This document shows, piece by piece, positions 1 through 8,037 of a stretch of DNA of 32,000 nucleotides. Below the pieces are notes generated by a model. The model saw nothing but the letters and a program-made list of their open reading frames with translations, made no database searches and was not told the DNA's origin. Origin of the DNA: Patescibacteria group bacterium (GTDB lineage Bacteria > Patescibacteriota > Patescibacteriia > 2-01-FULL-39-33); the NCBI GenBank assembly GCA_041649575.1, contig JBAZMW010000004.1, positions 90,001 to 122,000 of the forward strand. The letters run 5' to 3'. How positions within the stretch are numbered: the stretch's first letter is position 1; every line of letters starts with the position of its first letter. The position numbers were made by a program, and so were the translations under genes.

Positions 1-93
1 TGGGTTGGCGCCAATCATTCACCGGATGATTGGCGGCGTTCGCCTTCGGCTCACTGCCAACCCGTTCAAATCCCAGCCTTTCTGTCGAAAGGC

Positions 94-130
94 AAATTTT
101 ACTCCCGCTTCGCGGGGTAAAATTTTCCTT
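94..130. terminator. Bidirectional hairpin between the convergent plus-strand tRNA-like fragment and the minus-strand tRNA-Ser
   Basis: AAATTTTAC / GTAAAATTT outer stem enclosing a CCCGC-TTC-GCGGG hairpin, with A/T runs on both sides. Confidence 0.45.
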
Positions 131-217
131 CGGAGAGGGAGGGATTTGAACCCTCGAGACCCTTTCAGGCCTATCGCTTTTCGAGAGCGACCTATTCAAC
201 CACTCTAGCACCTCTCC
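131..217 (-). tRNA. tRNA-Ser(CGA), type II with long variable arm
   Basis: The reverse complement folds as acceptor GGAGAGG/CCTCTCC, anticodon stem TCGCT/AGCGA with loop CTCGAAA (anticodon CGA), variable arm TAGGCCTGAAAGGGTCTC, T-arm GAGGG-TTCAAAT-CCCTC and discriminator G. No CCA is encoded. Confidence 0.9.
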
Positions 218-230
218 ATGTTTGTTATTT

Positions 231-488
231 TTATTTTTCCAATATAACCGTTTTTATTCTTGTCTTTAAGACTCTTCTCCCTTGACCGGTTTTATAAAAT
301 AACTCTTGATTTCTGGCATCTTTCTCATATTTGAAAGCCTCGTAATATATAATCTCTAATGGCCTTCTATTTCTTGTGCTTTCAACTTTTCCGGAAGCGT
401 GTTCCATAAACCTCCTTCTTAAGTCGCTAGTATACCCAATATACAGTTTTTTATCATACTGACTTTTAAGGATATAAACAAAAAACAT
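231..488 (-). CDS. Small GIY-YIG nuclease superfamily protein (UPF0213-like, about 85 aa)
   Basis: Translation is MFFVYILKSQYDKKLYIGYTSDLRRRFMEH...RRPLEIIYYEAF...ARNQELFYK, which shows the GIY...YIG motif followed by conserved R and E residues. I prefer the ATG at 488 over the track's TTG at 509. The stop lies 13 nt upstream of tRNA-Ser. Confidence 0.8.
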   Translation of the reverse strand: MFFVYILKSQYDKKLYIGYTSDLRRRFMEHASGKVESTRNRRPLEIIYYEAFKYEKDARNQELFYKTGQGRRVLKTRIKTVILEK

Positions 489-508
489 TATTATTTTTAG
501 TTTTATCA

Positions 509-596
509 ACTCCGCTCAGCCTGCCCGCTCAAGAATCTGAGCGGGCTGGTGAGCGGACCCGCTCGCTCCGCCGAGCGGGCACTCTAGCACCTATCC
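509..596 (-). repeat. GC-rich multi-hairpin block (509-579) fused to a 17-nt copy of the tRNA-Ser 5' end (580-596)
   Basis: The reverse complement of 580-596, GGATAGGTGCTAGAGTG, matches the first 17 nt of the intact tRNA-Ser (GGAGAGGTGCTAGAGTG) at 16 of 17 positions. The block 509-579 is built from three CCGCTC and three GAGCGG units, for example GCCCGCTCA-AGAATC-TGAGCGGGC. Confidence 0.7.
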
Positions 597-610
597 ACAA
601 CAATTAACCT

Positions 611-1885
611 TTAGCTTTTGACTTCGCTTAGCTTTCTATTTATCACTGCCACGGCCATAATCAACCAGAACAACACTGATAGGTCATTCTTGAAGTATGG
701 CGCATCCACTAGTCCGTGGACGATTATTTCTAGGCCGACAAGCAGTAGAGTCAAATTTAATATTTTATCACCATGTTTGTCAAGCCAATTTTTGAAATTG
801 ACGGCAAAGTATTTGATAAACAGCCAAATAAAACTGATTAGCCCCAAGAGGCCCAGCTCGCTCCAGAAGTTTAGAATGATATTATGGGGATAAAGATAAA
901 TCTCAAAAGTTTTCAAGTGGTAGGGCGCGATTTTCAGCTGGTAGCCGGCCAGGCCGGCGCCCCAGAGCCAGTTGTCTTTTAGCATTTGCCAGCTTTCCTG
1001 CCAAATCAGCCGTCTGATAAATCCCGAATAGTCCTCCAAGGATAATTTGCTGATTAGATAATGATTAAAGGCCTGATTGAAAAAAAAGACAATAAAAAAC
1101 GCCAAAATTACGCCGCCGGTCAGCAGGCGGGTTTTTCTATTAATCAGCCCAAAGATCAGCAAACTTAGGATCACGGCCAGGACAGCTCCCTCGGATTTGG
1201 CCAAAACGATAGTCAGGAAGCCGGCAGCGATAATCAAAGCTTTCAAAAATTGGCTTAAAAAGATTTTTAAGCTGGAGGCACTTACTTCCGCTCCCTGCCA
1301 GAAAAAGCCGACAAACAAAACAATTATCGGCCCCAGGTACAGGCCTAGGGCGTTGGGATAGGCCAAAAGAGAAACCACGCGGTCGACCGAGCCGTCGGGG
1401 TTTAAAAAAGCTTGAGGCACGCCCCAGCCGCTGAACTTCTGCCAAAAGGAAAAAGCGGAAAGATAAAGAACGGAAAGCCCGAGTGACCAGAAGATGTTTT
1501 TTAATTGTCGTTTGTCTTTAACAGTGTTAATTAAAATAATAAAGATGAGCAGCGGCTCTATAAAATAGGCTTTCCAAATACCGGCCGCCTGTCTCAAGGC
1601 GGGTGAGGTAAAGACAGAAATAGTGGCAAAAATAACGATAGCGATTAGCGGCCAAAAAAAAGGATTGGCTCTAAATCCACCGAGCCACCTAAGCCGGTTT
1701 TTCAACAGAAAGACAATAAAGAGAACCAAAATCAGAACTTCCAAAAGCGTAAACGGCAAACCAAAAATCTCCGAACGGATAATAAAGCTGGGCAAAGCGG
1801 CAACGAGCAAACAGGTGGCCAACTCGAAATTTTTGTAAGCCAGCCAGAGAAACAGCAGGCCGCAGATAAGAATAAATAATAACAT
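611..1885 (-). CDS. O-antigen ligase / polymerase-like polytopic membrane protein (Wzy_C-type)
   Basis: The 424-aa ORF is multi-TM throughout and has a C-terminal segment (YPHNIILNFWSELGLLGLISF) typical of the O-antigen ligase domain. Confidence 0.65.
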   Translation of the reverse strand: MLLFILICGLLFLWLAYKNFELATCLLVAALPSFIIRSEIFGLPFTLLEVLILVLFIVFLLKNRLRWLGGFRANPFFWPLIAIVIFATISVFTSPALRQAAGIWKAYFIEPLLIFIILINTVKDKRQLKNIFWSLGLSVLYLSAFSFWQKFSGWGVPQAFLNPDGSVDRVVSLLAYPNALGLYLGPIIVLFVGFFWQGAEVSASSLKIFLSQFLKALIIAAGFLTIVLAKSEGAVLAVILSLLIFGLINRKTRLLTGGVILAFFIVFFFNQAFNHYLISKLSLEDYSGFIRRLIWQESWQMLKDNWLWGAGLAGYQLKIAPYHLKTFEIYLYPHNIILNFWSELGLLGLISFIWLFIKYFAVNFKNWLDKHGDKILNLTLLLVGLEIIVHGLVDAPYFKNDLSVLFWLIMAVAVINRKLSEVKS

Positions 1886-1888
1886 ATC

Positions 1889-3307
1889 TTAATTCTTAAA
1901 CTTCATAATTTCTAAAATGGTTTTTTTCTCGATTCCTCTTAAGGCGTAAAGCATAAAAAAATAAACCAGCAAGCCAATAATTATCAGAGTTACTAGATTT
2001 TGTGAGATTAGAGCCAGTAGCACCAGCGACATGATTAGTCCGGCCAGGGCGGCTTTGGTAAAAATTTTAAATTTAAATGAAACGTTTAGGTTTTTTCTTA
2101 GGAGGTGAAAGGCAAAGAGAGCCATCAGCGCTTCGCTTAAGACCGTGAGCCAGGCAGCGGCCCAGTAGGAATAAAGAGGAATGAGAATTACATAAAGAAT
2201 CAAAGCCAGGGCGGCATTAAAAAGGTAGAATTTGATCATTTTTTTCTGCAGTTCGGCGGCGACAATAGCATAACCGAACAAGGCGCTAAAATAAATGGCC
2301 GCCGCCGCCAGCGTCAGTAATTTGATAATTTGTCCGGCCGGCAAAAAATCGGCCCCGGCGATAAGCACCATGATTTTTTCGCCCAGGACCAAGCTGGCCA
2401 AAACCATCGGCCAAACAATAATAGCCATGAGATCGAAGGACTTTTGCAAAATATTTTTGAAAGCTTCTTTGCTGGTGACAAAAAATTTGGTCAAGATCGG
2501 CAAGAGCAGGCCCAAAAAAAGATAAGGAAATTGCACTAAGACATCCAAAACCCGGTAGGCGGCTCCATAGAGCCCTACCTCGTTGGCCGGACGGGACAAG
2601 GACAAAATTATCATATCGGCGCGAAAGTAGACCAAGGTCAGGGCAATGGTGATAGACAGTGGCCAGGCTTGGTCAAAGACTTTTTTCCAGATTTTTAAAT
2701 CAAAAGCAAAACCGAAAGCCAGTCGCTTGGCGCCAGAGACCAGAAGGATAACCAGAGACAAAAGATTGCCAACAACCACCGACCAAATCAGATAAATCAG
2801 CCCGGCCTGGAAATAGATTGTCAGTCCGGCTCCGATCAACAAGGCCAAGCGGCCCCAGATTTCCGCCAGTGCAACCCTGGACATTTCCAAGTTTTTTTGG
2901 AAGACGCTGATGAGTACTGTCTGCAGAGAGATGAACAAAAAAGACAAACTGACGATAGTGATTCCCTGCTTGATCAGCAAAGAATAAGGCAGACACCAAG
3001 CAATAATTGTACCCGAGCCCAGGAAAATCAAGGAAGAAAAAAATCTCAAGGCCAGAATGTTTTTAAATATTTTTTCTTGATCGGCAGCTGGCTTGGAGAG
3101 CATCTGAGCCGCCACCATTTGCAGGCCAAAATCGGAGAGAACGGCGAAAAATTGGAGGAAAGAAATGGCGGTTGTAAAATAGCCATAGCCGGTTTGGCCG
3201 AGATAGCGAGTCATCAGTCCGACAGTAAACAGCCCCAACAAAGTGCCAAGAGCTTTACTGACGATTTGGTAAAAGGTGTTTTTAGCGATTTTAGACAATA
3301 GAGACAT
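1889..3307 (-). CDS. Oligosaccharide/polysaccharide flippase (Wzx-like, MOP superfamily)
   Basis: The 472-aa polytopic ORF has the N-terminus KNTFYQIVSKALGTLLGLFTVGLMTRYLGQTGYGYF, characteristic of the polysaccharide biosynthesis protein family. It sits 3 nt from the ligase-like gene. Confidence 0.7.
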   Translation of the reverse strand: MSLLSKIAKNTFYQIVSKALGTLLGLFTVGLMTRYLGQTGYGYFTTAISFLQFFAVLSDFGLQMVAAQMLSKPAADQEKIFKNILALRFFSSLIFLGSGTIIAWCLPYSLLIKQGITIVSLSFLFISLQTVLISVFQKNLEMSRVALAEIWGRLALLIGAGLTIYFQAGLIYLIWSVVVGNLLSLVILLVSGAKRLAFGFAFDLKIWKKVFDQAWPLSITIALTLVYFRADMIILSLSRPANEVGLYGAAYRVLDVLVQFPYLFLGLLLPILTKFFVTSKEAFKNILQKSFDLMAIIVWPMVLASLVLGEKIMVLIAGADFLPAGQIIKLLTLAAAAIYFSALFGYAIVAAELQKKMIKFYLFNAALALILYVILIPLYSYWAAAWLTVLSEALMALFAFHLLRKNLNVSFKFKIFTKAALAGLIMSLVLLALISQNLVTLIIIGLLVYFFMLYALRGIEKKTILEIMKFKN

Positions 3308-3396
3308 AAAGATAGCTAGCAGCTTCTTAAGTTAGATTATCATTTTTTGGACACTCTTTCAAAAGCGGCGAGCTGCTTTTAAGGAATTGACGATTA

Positions 3397-3405
3397 TGGT
3401 ATAAT
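3397..3405 (+). promoter_or_regulatory. Extended -10 promoter (TGgTATAAT) upstream of the lipoprotein gene
   Basis: Sequence match TGGTATAAT, 45 nt upstream of the ATG at 3451. Confidence 0.35.
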
Positions 3406-3450
3406 CTAATCAAATTGAAACAGCCAGGCTAAGAAATAAAATTAAATTTT

Positions 3451-3795
3451 ATGAAAATTTGTAAACAGATCATAGCTCTCTCGGCGATTGGGGTCATGGT
3501 TTTTATTTTGGCCGGCTGCGGCCAGCCAGAAGAGAGCCTGGACATTAATCAGCTAAATGAAATTGAGGGGCAGGTTCAGGAACAGCCCGGTCAGTTAAAC
3601 GCTAGCGAAAACAGGGACGGGGCCAACACTAATGGCGAGATAACCGAAGGAGATCAGCTGGATAGCGGCTCAATGCCGGCCCAAACCAAGATAAATGGTA
3701 GCAGCGACATCGATAAGCTGCTCAAAGATTTGGATAAACCGACGGAGAGTGAGACGGTTAATCAGATTGATGACCGCGATTTGAATCAATTTTAA
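3451..3795 (+). CDS. Acidic lipoprotein, unknown function
   Basis: Signal peptide with lipobox MKICKQIIALSAIGVMVFILAG|C. The mature part is rich in E, D, Q and N. Confidence 0.65.
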   Translation: MKICKQIIALSAIGVMVFILAGCGQPEESLDINQLNEIEGQVQEQPGQLNASENRDGANTNGEITEGDQLDSGSMPAQTKINGSSDIDKLLKDLDKPTESETVNQIDDRDLNQF

Positions 3796-3832
3796 AATTT
3801 AAACGGTTTTAAATAATAAAATTAATAATAAT

Positions 3833-6058
3833 ATGACCAGGCCAAAAATTAAATTAATTTTGTTTTTGTCGATTTTGACGGCCCTAGCGCTGCCAGCAGC
3901 TTTGCCGGCCAGAGCTGCCGGCGATTTGACCACTCTAAAAAACAAGGCGATTCAGGAGTGTTATGCGGCCAAGGTGTCTCTGCAACAATACACAGCCAAT
4001 CTTGGCTCGTCCAGTCTGGTGTATAAAAATTTAGCCAGCGATATCTCGGTGACAGTGGGAAGCAACGCCTTGTTTTTGCCGGCTATAAAAAGCGTTTTAT
4101 TAAACAAAGCCAACAGCGTTTATGCCGATGTTAATAATCTGTGTACGGCCATTAACAGCGCCAGCAATCTGGCGGCGGCTCAAAATGATTATAATAGTTT
4201 TGCGGCCAAAAAATCAGTGGCCTTGACGATTCTAAACAAGGCCAAAGCTTGGGATTCCTTTTATGGCCGCCTTAAGGCCTCGGGAGCCAATTATGCCTAT
4301 CTTAAAACATTAGCCGACGACCCTGATTTCAGGGGCACTTTGCACAATTCTTTATTAAGAGAGGAAAGGGTGGTGGACCAGGCTCTTGGCGTTATGGAAA
4401 CTAATTTGCCAAGGGTTGTCAGTCAGATGCCCGATGTTGCTTTTTATAATAATTTATTTACCTTGAGTTCCAGTGAGGCCAGTCAGGCCATAGGAAATTT
4501 AGATCAAAAAATATCCCAAAGAAACACCTGGCTCAACAGCGTCGACGCTAGCTACAAGAATAGCTATCCTGCCTTGCTCAAGGCCATGGATTTGGCCGCT
4601 CAATACAAAGTGCCTAAGACCGGAGCGGTTTATGAACAGTACAATAAGTTTTATAGCGACTATGTCAAACGCGCCCAGGCCTTGGTTAAGGATTTGAAAG
4701 GAAAGATTGCTAGCGACAAAGCGGCGTTAAATTCCCTGAAGGCGAAGATAGACCCGATTGCGACAATCAAGGCCTTGAAACTTTTGGATCCGTCCGTGGC
4801 CACGACCTTGGTGGACAAAATAGACGCTTTAACCAATACCCTAAACACCATCGACTCCAATCTTAATAATAGTATTAGTTATATTTCGGCCAAGACTTAT
4901 AATGCCAACCGAGACAACTTAAAAATTAGTTCGATTATTATACCAAGCATTAATTACGCCATTAGCTTTAACAAAAACGTTGATAAACTTAATCAGTTAA
5001 CAGCCGTTTATAATCGTTTCAACGCTTCTTATTCGGCTCTGCTGGGCGGTTTGGACTCGGATGACGGGATTGATAATATGAAAGACATCGGCGATTTAAA
5101 CAAAATTAAACAGAATTTTAGCGCTATAAACACCAATTACCTAGTGGCATTAAACGGCGCTGATAAGGTGGCCCTGGAACAGAAAATCAAAAACAATGCC
5201 GGCGCCAGCCCAGACATCAACTCCCTTTTAGCCGCCCATAAAGATTACAGTAAACGATTAACTTACGCCTCCAGCGACGTTTCCAAAAATCGTAGTAATT
5301 GGTGGAAGCTGATAACGCAGGCGGCGATCAACGGACGGATCAAAAATTTTAGCTCCCTGGCCTGGGTTCAAGAAGAAAACAAAGCCAAGGCAACTTTTGA
5401 GAGTTTTGCCAAAAGGCGGGATAGCTATATGGCCCAAGCCAGAAAATTGATCGACAGCCGCAGAGCCACTTTGGAAAAAAATCAATTTATCATTGATGAT
5501 CTGATGTATCTGCCGGATACCGTCAGGACAGCAGTGAATTTTTCCAGCCGCACTCAAGCCCTGATTTCCAATCTGGAAGACTATTATCAAAATAATATAG
5601 CCACGGTTAATAATTATAACGACTTGGTGGCCAATGTGAAAGGCTTAAAGGATTTTAAAATCAGTGAAGTTTTTATTCCTCTAGAGAGTATTTACATCAC
5701 CTTCAACGGCTATTATAAAAAATTGAGCATTTTAAACGCAGTGATGACCGATGACCTAAACGGTTTGACGGTAAGAATCAGTGCTCTGGAAAATAATTCT
5801 AGTCAAAAGCAGCATGACGCCGGCTTGGCTCTTCGCCAAGCTTATGATCAGACTATGATTGGCAGTTTAAGCCCTTTAATTGGCGAGTTTAACACGGCTT
5901 TGACCGTTGATTTGGTGGACGCTCTGGTTGCCAACGACTTGGCTTTAACCAAAAATATGACCTTTAAGAAGAATTTGTTGGCCTCCAATTTATCAATGGC
6001 GGTCAGGAAGGTGAGCGATTTAAATACCGCTGTCAAAAGAGCCGAAGCAATAAAATAA
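3833..6058 (+). CDS. Large secreted protein with internal two-fold repeat, unknown function
   Basis: The 741-aa ORF starts with the signal peptide MTRPKIKLILFLSILTALALPAALPARAAGD. Composition is N/S/A/L/K-rich and helical-looking. Segment ...LKISSIIIPSINYAISFNKNVDKLNQL... is echoed by ...FKISEVFIPLESIYITFNGYYKKLSIL... Confidence 0.7.
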   Translation: MTRPKIKLILFLSILTALALPAALPARAAGDLTTLKNKAIQECYAAKVSLQQYTANLGSSSLVYKNLASDISVTVGSNALFLPAIKSVLLNKANSVYADVNNLCTAINSASNLAAAQNDYNSFAAKKSVALTILNKAKAWDSFYGRLKASGANYAYLKTLADDPDFRGTLHNSLLREERVVDQALGVMETNLPRVVSQMPDVAFYNNLFTLSSSEASQAIGNLDQKISQRNTWLNSVDASYKNSYPALLKAMDLAAQYKVPKTGAVYEQYNKFYSDYVKRAQALVKDLKGKIASDKAALNSLKAKIDPIATIKALKLLDPSVATTLVDKIDALTNTLNTIDSNLNNSISYISAKTYNANRDNLKISSIIIPSINYAISFNKNVDKLNQLTAVYNRFNASYSALLGGLDSDDGIDNMKDIGDLNKIKQNFSAINTNYLVALNGADKVALEQKIKNNAGASPDINSLLAAHKDYSKRLTYASSDVSKNRSNWWKLITQAAINGRIKNFSSLAWVQEENKAKATFESFAKRRDSYMAQARKLIDSRRATLEKNQFIIDDLMYLPDTVRTAVNFSSRTQALISNLEDYYQNNIATVNNYNDLVANVKGLKDFKISEVFIPLESIYITFNGYYKKLSILNAVMTDDLNGLTVRISALENNSSQKQHDAGLALRQAYDQTMIGSLSPLIGEFNTALTVDLVDALVANDLALTKNMTFKKNLLASNLSMAVRKVSDLNTAVKRAEAIK

Positions 6059-6084
6059 ATAGATATTTTTATTAAAACACAGTT

Positions 6085-6113
6085 AAATCCCTCCCGATAA
6101 TCGGGAGGGATTT
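6085..6113. terminator. Bidirectional rho-independent terminator between convergent genes
   Basis: Perfect 13-bp hairpin AAATCCCTCCCGA-TAA-TCGGGAGGGATTT flanked by A/T runs. Confidence 0.7.
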
Positions 6114-6123
6114 AAAAATGATT

Positions 6124-7125
6124 TTACCAGAGTTTTTTGGCTGCTTGCCAGTAGAAATCGTATTGGCGATATTCTTTTAAGAAATACCACCACTCCACAC
6201 CCCAGAGATAGATTTCATCAAAACCGGCTCGCCGGGCGAAACTGATGTTTTTTTGGAATTGTCGGGGAGACATGGAGGCAAAGTGCTCCTCCAAAGACAT
6301 TTTGTCCAGAGTAGTGTTTTGTTTGTGCCAGCTTTCGGCTTGTAATTCGGCGACTATTACCTTACTGGTTGGAGAAAAAGTTTTGACCAGCAGGGCCTTA
6401 AAATAATAGAAAGAAGGCGGCAAAAACCAATGGAAGTAGCCAAAACGCGGATTATAGACAACTCGGTATAAGGTGGTGCCCAGAATTTTTCCGCCGGAGA
6501 AAGCCGCCGGTAGCCAAGTGCTCAATTCTCCGCTATCGGTAATAAGAATTGGCCTCGAGTCAAGGCTCTTGACCAGTCGAATCTCTTTTTTTAGAAAATT
6601 TTTATCTAACGGCGGGCACTCGCCGAAGAATTTTAGGAAGGGCTCGTTTTCAACTTGCCAGTAAGTGATATTAGGGATGCCTCGGTAGCGTTTTATGACG
6701 GTTTCGATAAACTGCAATTGATGTTGTTGTACTTCTTCGGTGGCAAGGTTTTTTATCCAGGCCGGATCATGGCACTCGGGCCAGCGGGGCAGCTTTCGGC
6801 CGACCGCTAGTATAATTTTTGTCCCTCTTTTAGAGGCTTCACTCACCTGCCAATCAAGCCCGGAAAAGTTATAGGTATCAGGTGACGGCTGATTGTAATT
6901 CCAGTAAGCCGACAGGCGCAAATGATCGACTCGCAAATCGTCTAAAATGGCCAGATAAGTTTTTTGCCAATCCAAACCTAGTTCGTTCTGCGCGTATTCC
7001 TGGCTGAAAGTGACGCCCCAGTCGATTTTCTTGGGAGAGAAATCCCAAACAAAAAGCAAGACAACGACAATAAGAACGATTAACAAAACGATAAGCATAT
7101 TTTTAAGATTGAATTTTTTTTTCAT
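6124..7125 (-). CDS. Membrane-anchored glycoside hydrolase, clan GH-A (TIM-barrel, GH5/GH42-like)
   Basis: The 333-aa ORF has an N-terminal TM anchor (MLIVLLIVLIVVVLLFVW) and a WQVENEP motif, the acid/base NEP signature of clan GH-A. Confidence 0.55.
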   Translation of the reverse strand: MKKKFNLKNMLIVLLIVLIVVVLLFVWDFSPKKIDWGVTFSQEYAQNELGLDWQKTYLAILDDLRVDHLRLSAYWNYNQPSPDTYNFSGLDWQVSEASKRGTKIILAVGRKLPRWPECHDPAWIKNLATEEVQQHQLQFIETVIKRYRGIPNITYWQVENEPFLKFFGECPPLDKNFLKKEIRLVKSLDSRPILITDSGELSTWLPAAFSGGKILGTTLYRVVYNPRFGYFHWFLPPSFYYFKALLVKTFSPTSKVIVAELQAESWHKQNTTLDKMSLEEHFASMSPRQFQKNISFARRAGFDEIYLWGVEWWYFLKEYRQYDFYWQAAKKLW

Positions 7126-7128
7126 GCT

Positions 7129-8022
7129 TTAAAGATAAATTAAGACCAAGCCGGTTATTATCAGAACGATGGCAATTATTTTTTGCGTTAAAATTTTCGG
7201 GGTCATTTTTTCCTCCAAGATTTTTGGGAATTTTTTAGATAAAGCCAAAATAATAATTAGAAGAAAAACATATTCCAAACCCCTTAAAGCATTGACTATC
7301 GCCACACTGGAAGAAATAGAGATGACGTAATTGACTAAAATGAAGCTTAGGGCGCCGCAGACTTGGCCGAAAATAAACAGTGAACCCGCTTTTTTTTGCG
7401 GTTGGGTAACTTCTTTTTTGATATCGCGGCGATTGCGACCGGGCAACAGAAAAAGTAGAGCGCCCAGAAAGGTGCCGATTCTGGCCCAGACAAAAACAGT
7501 TATAAAATCTTGGGAAGTAAAAAGATATTTACTTAGAGTGTAGGAAATGGCAAAAAGCAAGGTGGCAATAATGGCCAAGAAATAACCAGCGCGGGTTTTG
7601 GCCGTGGTTTTTTGGCGAGAAATTAGCCAGGTACCCGCAAGAATGACCAGAAAAGCCAACAAACCCAGGATAGAAAGCCGTTCGTCTAGAAATACCGAGG
7701 CCAAAATCAAGACGAAAATTGGCTGCCAGCCGCCCATAAAAGGCGTGATGCGCGAGGCTTCATTTTTGGACAGCGCTTTAAACATGTACAGATAGGCAAA
7801 GGCAAAAATAAGGCCAGAAACCAAGTCTAGAAGCACCAGCCAAAGAGGATAGCCGAGTTTAAAGCCGAAAGGAGCGATAATTACACCTAGAACACTTAAA
7901 GCACCGATGAAAAAAGCATAAATGGCCGGGTTAGAGATTTTTTTGGACAATAAAAACTTATCGGTGGTGGTGGCCACGGCATTTAAGAGGTAGGCAAAAG
8001 CGATGATTATTAACCAGGTCAT
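7129..8022 (-). CDS. EamA/DMT-family transporter
   Basis: The 297-aa ORF has about 10 TM segments in two EamA-like halves. Confidence 0.65.
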   Translation of the reverse strand: MTWLIIIAFAYLLNAVATTTDKFLLSKKISNPAIYAFFIGALSVLGVIIAPFGFKLGYPLWLVLLDLVSGLIFAFAYLYMFKALSKNEASRITPFMGGWQPIFVLILASVFLDERLSILGLLAFLVILAGTWLISRQKTTAKTRAGYFLAIIATLLFAISYTLSKYLFTSQDFITVFVWARIGTFLGALLFLLPGRNRRDIKKEVTQPQKKAGSLFIFGQVCGALSFILVNYVISISSSVAIVNALRGLEYVFLLIIILALSKKFPKILEEKMTPKILTQKIIAIVLIITGLVLIYL

Positions 8023-8037
8023 ACTCTTATTATAGCA

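Noticed and set aside
1-208. Track ORF 5-208 (+), 67 aa.
   Set aside because: It reads through tRNA-like sequence, a terminator hairpin and the antisense of tRNA-Ser, so it is spurious.
618-3301. Numerous antisense or overlapping track ORFs inside the ligase-like and flippase genes (for example 618-893, 1077-1361, 1140-1445, 2295-2525, 2700-2999, 2897-3301). Similar ones lie inside gyrA, the LTD gene, the antiporter, queA and EndoQ.
   Set aside because: Each is embedded in a longer ORF with clear family-level features, and they show low-complexity or biased translations typical of off-frame reading.
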